Shown: positions 63,488 through 64,000 of the stretch, piece after piece
Layout: each line of letters begins with the position of its first letter
Position numbering within the stretch: position 1 is the stretch's first letter
Assembly: GCF_004010195.1 (NCBI RefSeq)
Contig: NC_057718.1
Coordinates: forward strand, 82,539,848-82,603,847
Direction of reading: 5' to 3'
Length of the DNA: 64,000 bases
Source: Chiloscyllium plagiosum
Taxonomy: Eukaryota
Translations under genes and position numbers: made by a program
The notes under the pieces: generated by a model
What the model was told of the DNA's origin: nothing
The model's database searches: none
Seen by the model: only the letters and a program-made list of their open reading frames with translations

Positions 63488-63673
63488 ACAGTGAGGACCG
63501 CAGATGCTGGAGATCAGAGTCGAGAGCGTGGTGCTGGAAAAGCACAGCAGGTCAGGCAGCATCCGAGAAGCAGGAGACGGGCTTATACTCCTGATGAAAG
63601 GCTTATGCCTGAAATCTCGATTCTCCTCGGATGCTGCCTGACCTGCTGTGCGTTTCCAGCACCACAGTCCCAA
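63488..63673. mobile_element. Fold-back PLE-derived element with hammerhead in loop (63587-63622) and 13-bp TSD
   Basis: TSD catagtcc(t/g)agag at 63475-63487 and 63674-63686. CTGATGA-A-AGGC-TTAT-GCCT-GAAA. Confidence 0.82.
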
Positions 63674-64000
63674 CATAGTCCGAGAGTCCCACAGTGCTGT
63701 TCCCTTATAAGAGATGATTGTGGTGCATTTAACCTGAGGGTCACCGCACCTCAGGGAAGTGGCGTGGTAGGACCTTCAGCTGGCCCAGGAATTGGGGGCA
63801 CCATTGAACCCACACAATTGACATCAGTCACTGGCCAACTGAGCAACTGACCCCCATGCAGTGATACATCAGCAACGGCAGCGCCGTCAGGAGAGGTGGA
63901 ACAAGTGAATGTTCAGTCCGCTTTTAGTCCTAGTTCTAAATAGCAGGAATGTAATTTTTAACTAAGGCCTTTTTTTTATGAAAGCAAATGCATTTAATCA

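Overview
Vertebrate genomic DNA, almost certainly from a shark or other cartilaginous fish (inferred from HE1-type SINEs, CR1/HER1-type LINEs and DeuSINE/SacSINE1-like repeats). The window holds 11 consecutive internal coding exons of RRBP1 (ribosome-binding protein 1/p180) on the + strand, from 24552 to 63053. All have AG/GT boundaries and consistent phases, and the gene start and end lie outside the window. The introns are filled with degenerate retroelements: CR1, Rex1/Babar, Penelope-like elements (PLEs) of Neptune and Poseidon type, and SINEs. There are also two Tc1/mariner-type MITEs and three assembly gaps. The strongest hidden signal is about 20 minimal hammerhead-ribozyme motifs (CUGAnGA-stem II-GAAA-NUH) from at least four sequence families. 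They sit in PLE terminal repeats and in short, often fold-back, non-autonomous units with 13-18 bp target-site duplications (TSDs), and several unit breakpoints coincide with the ribozyme boundaries. All family assignments are by eye and from recalled consensus sequences; no database search was run.
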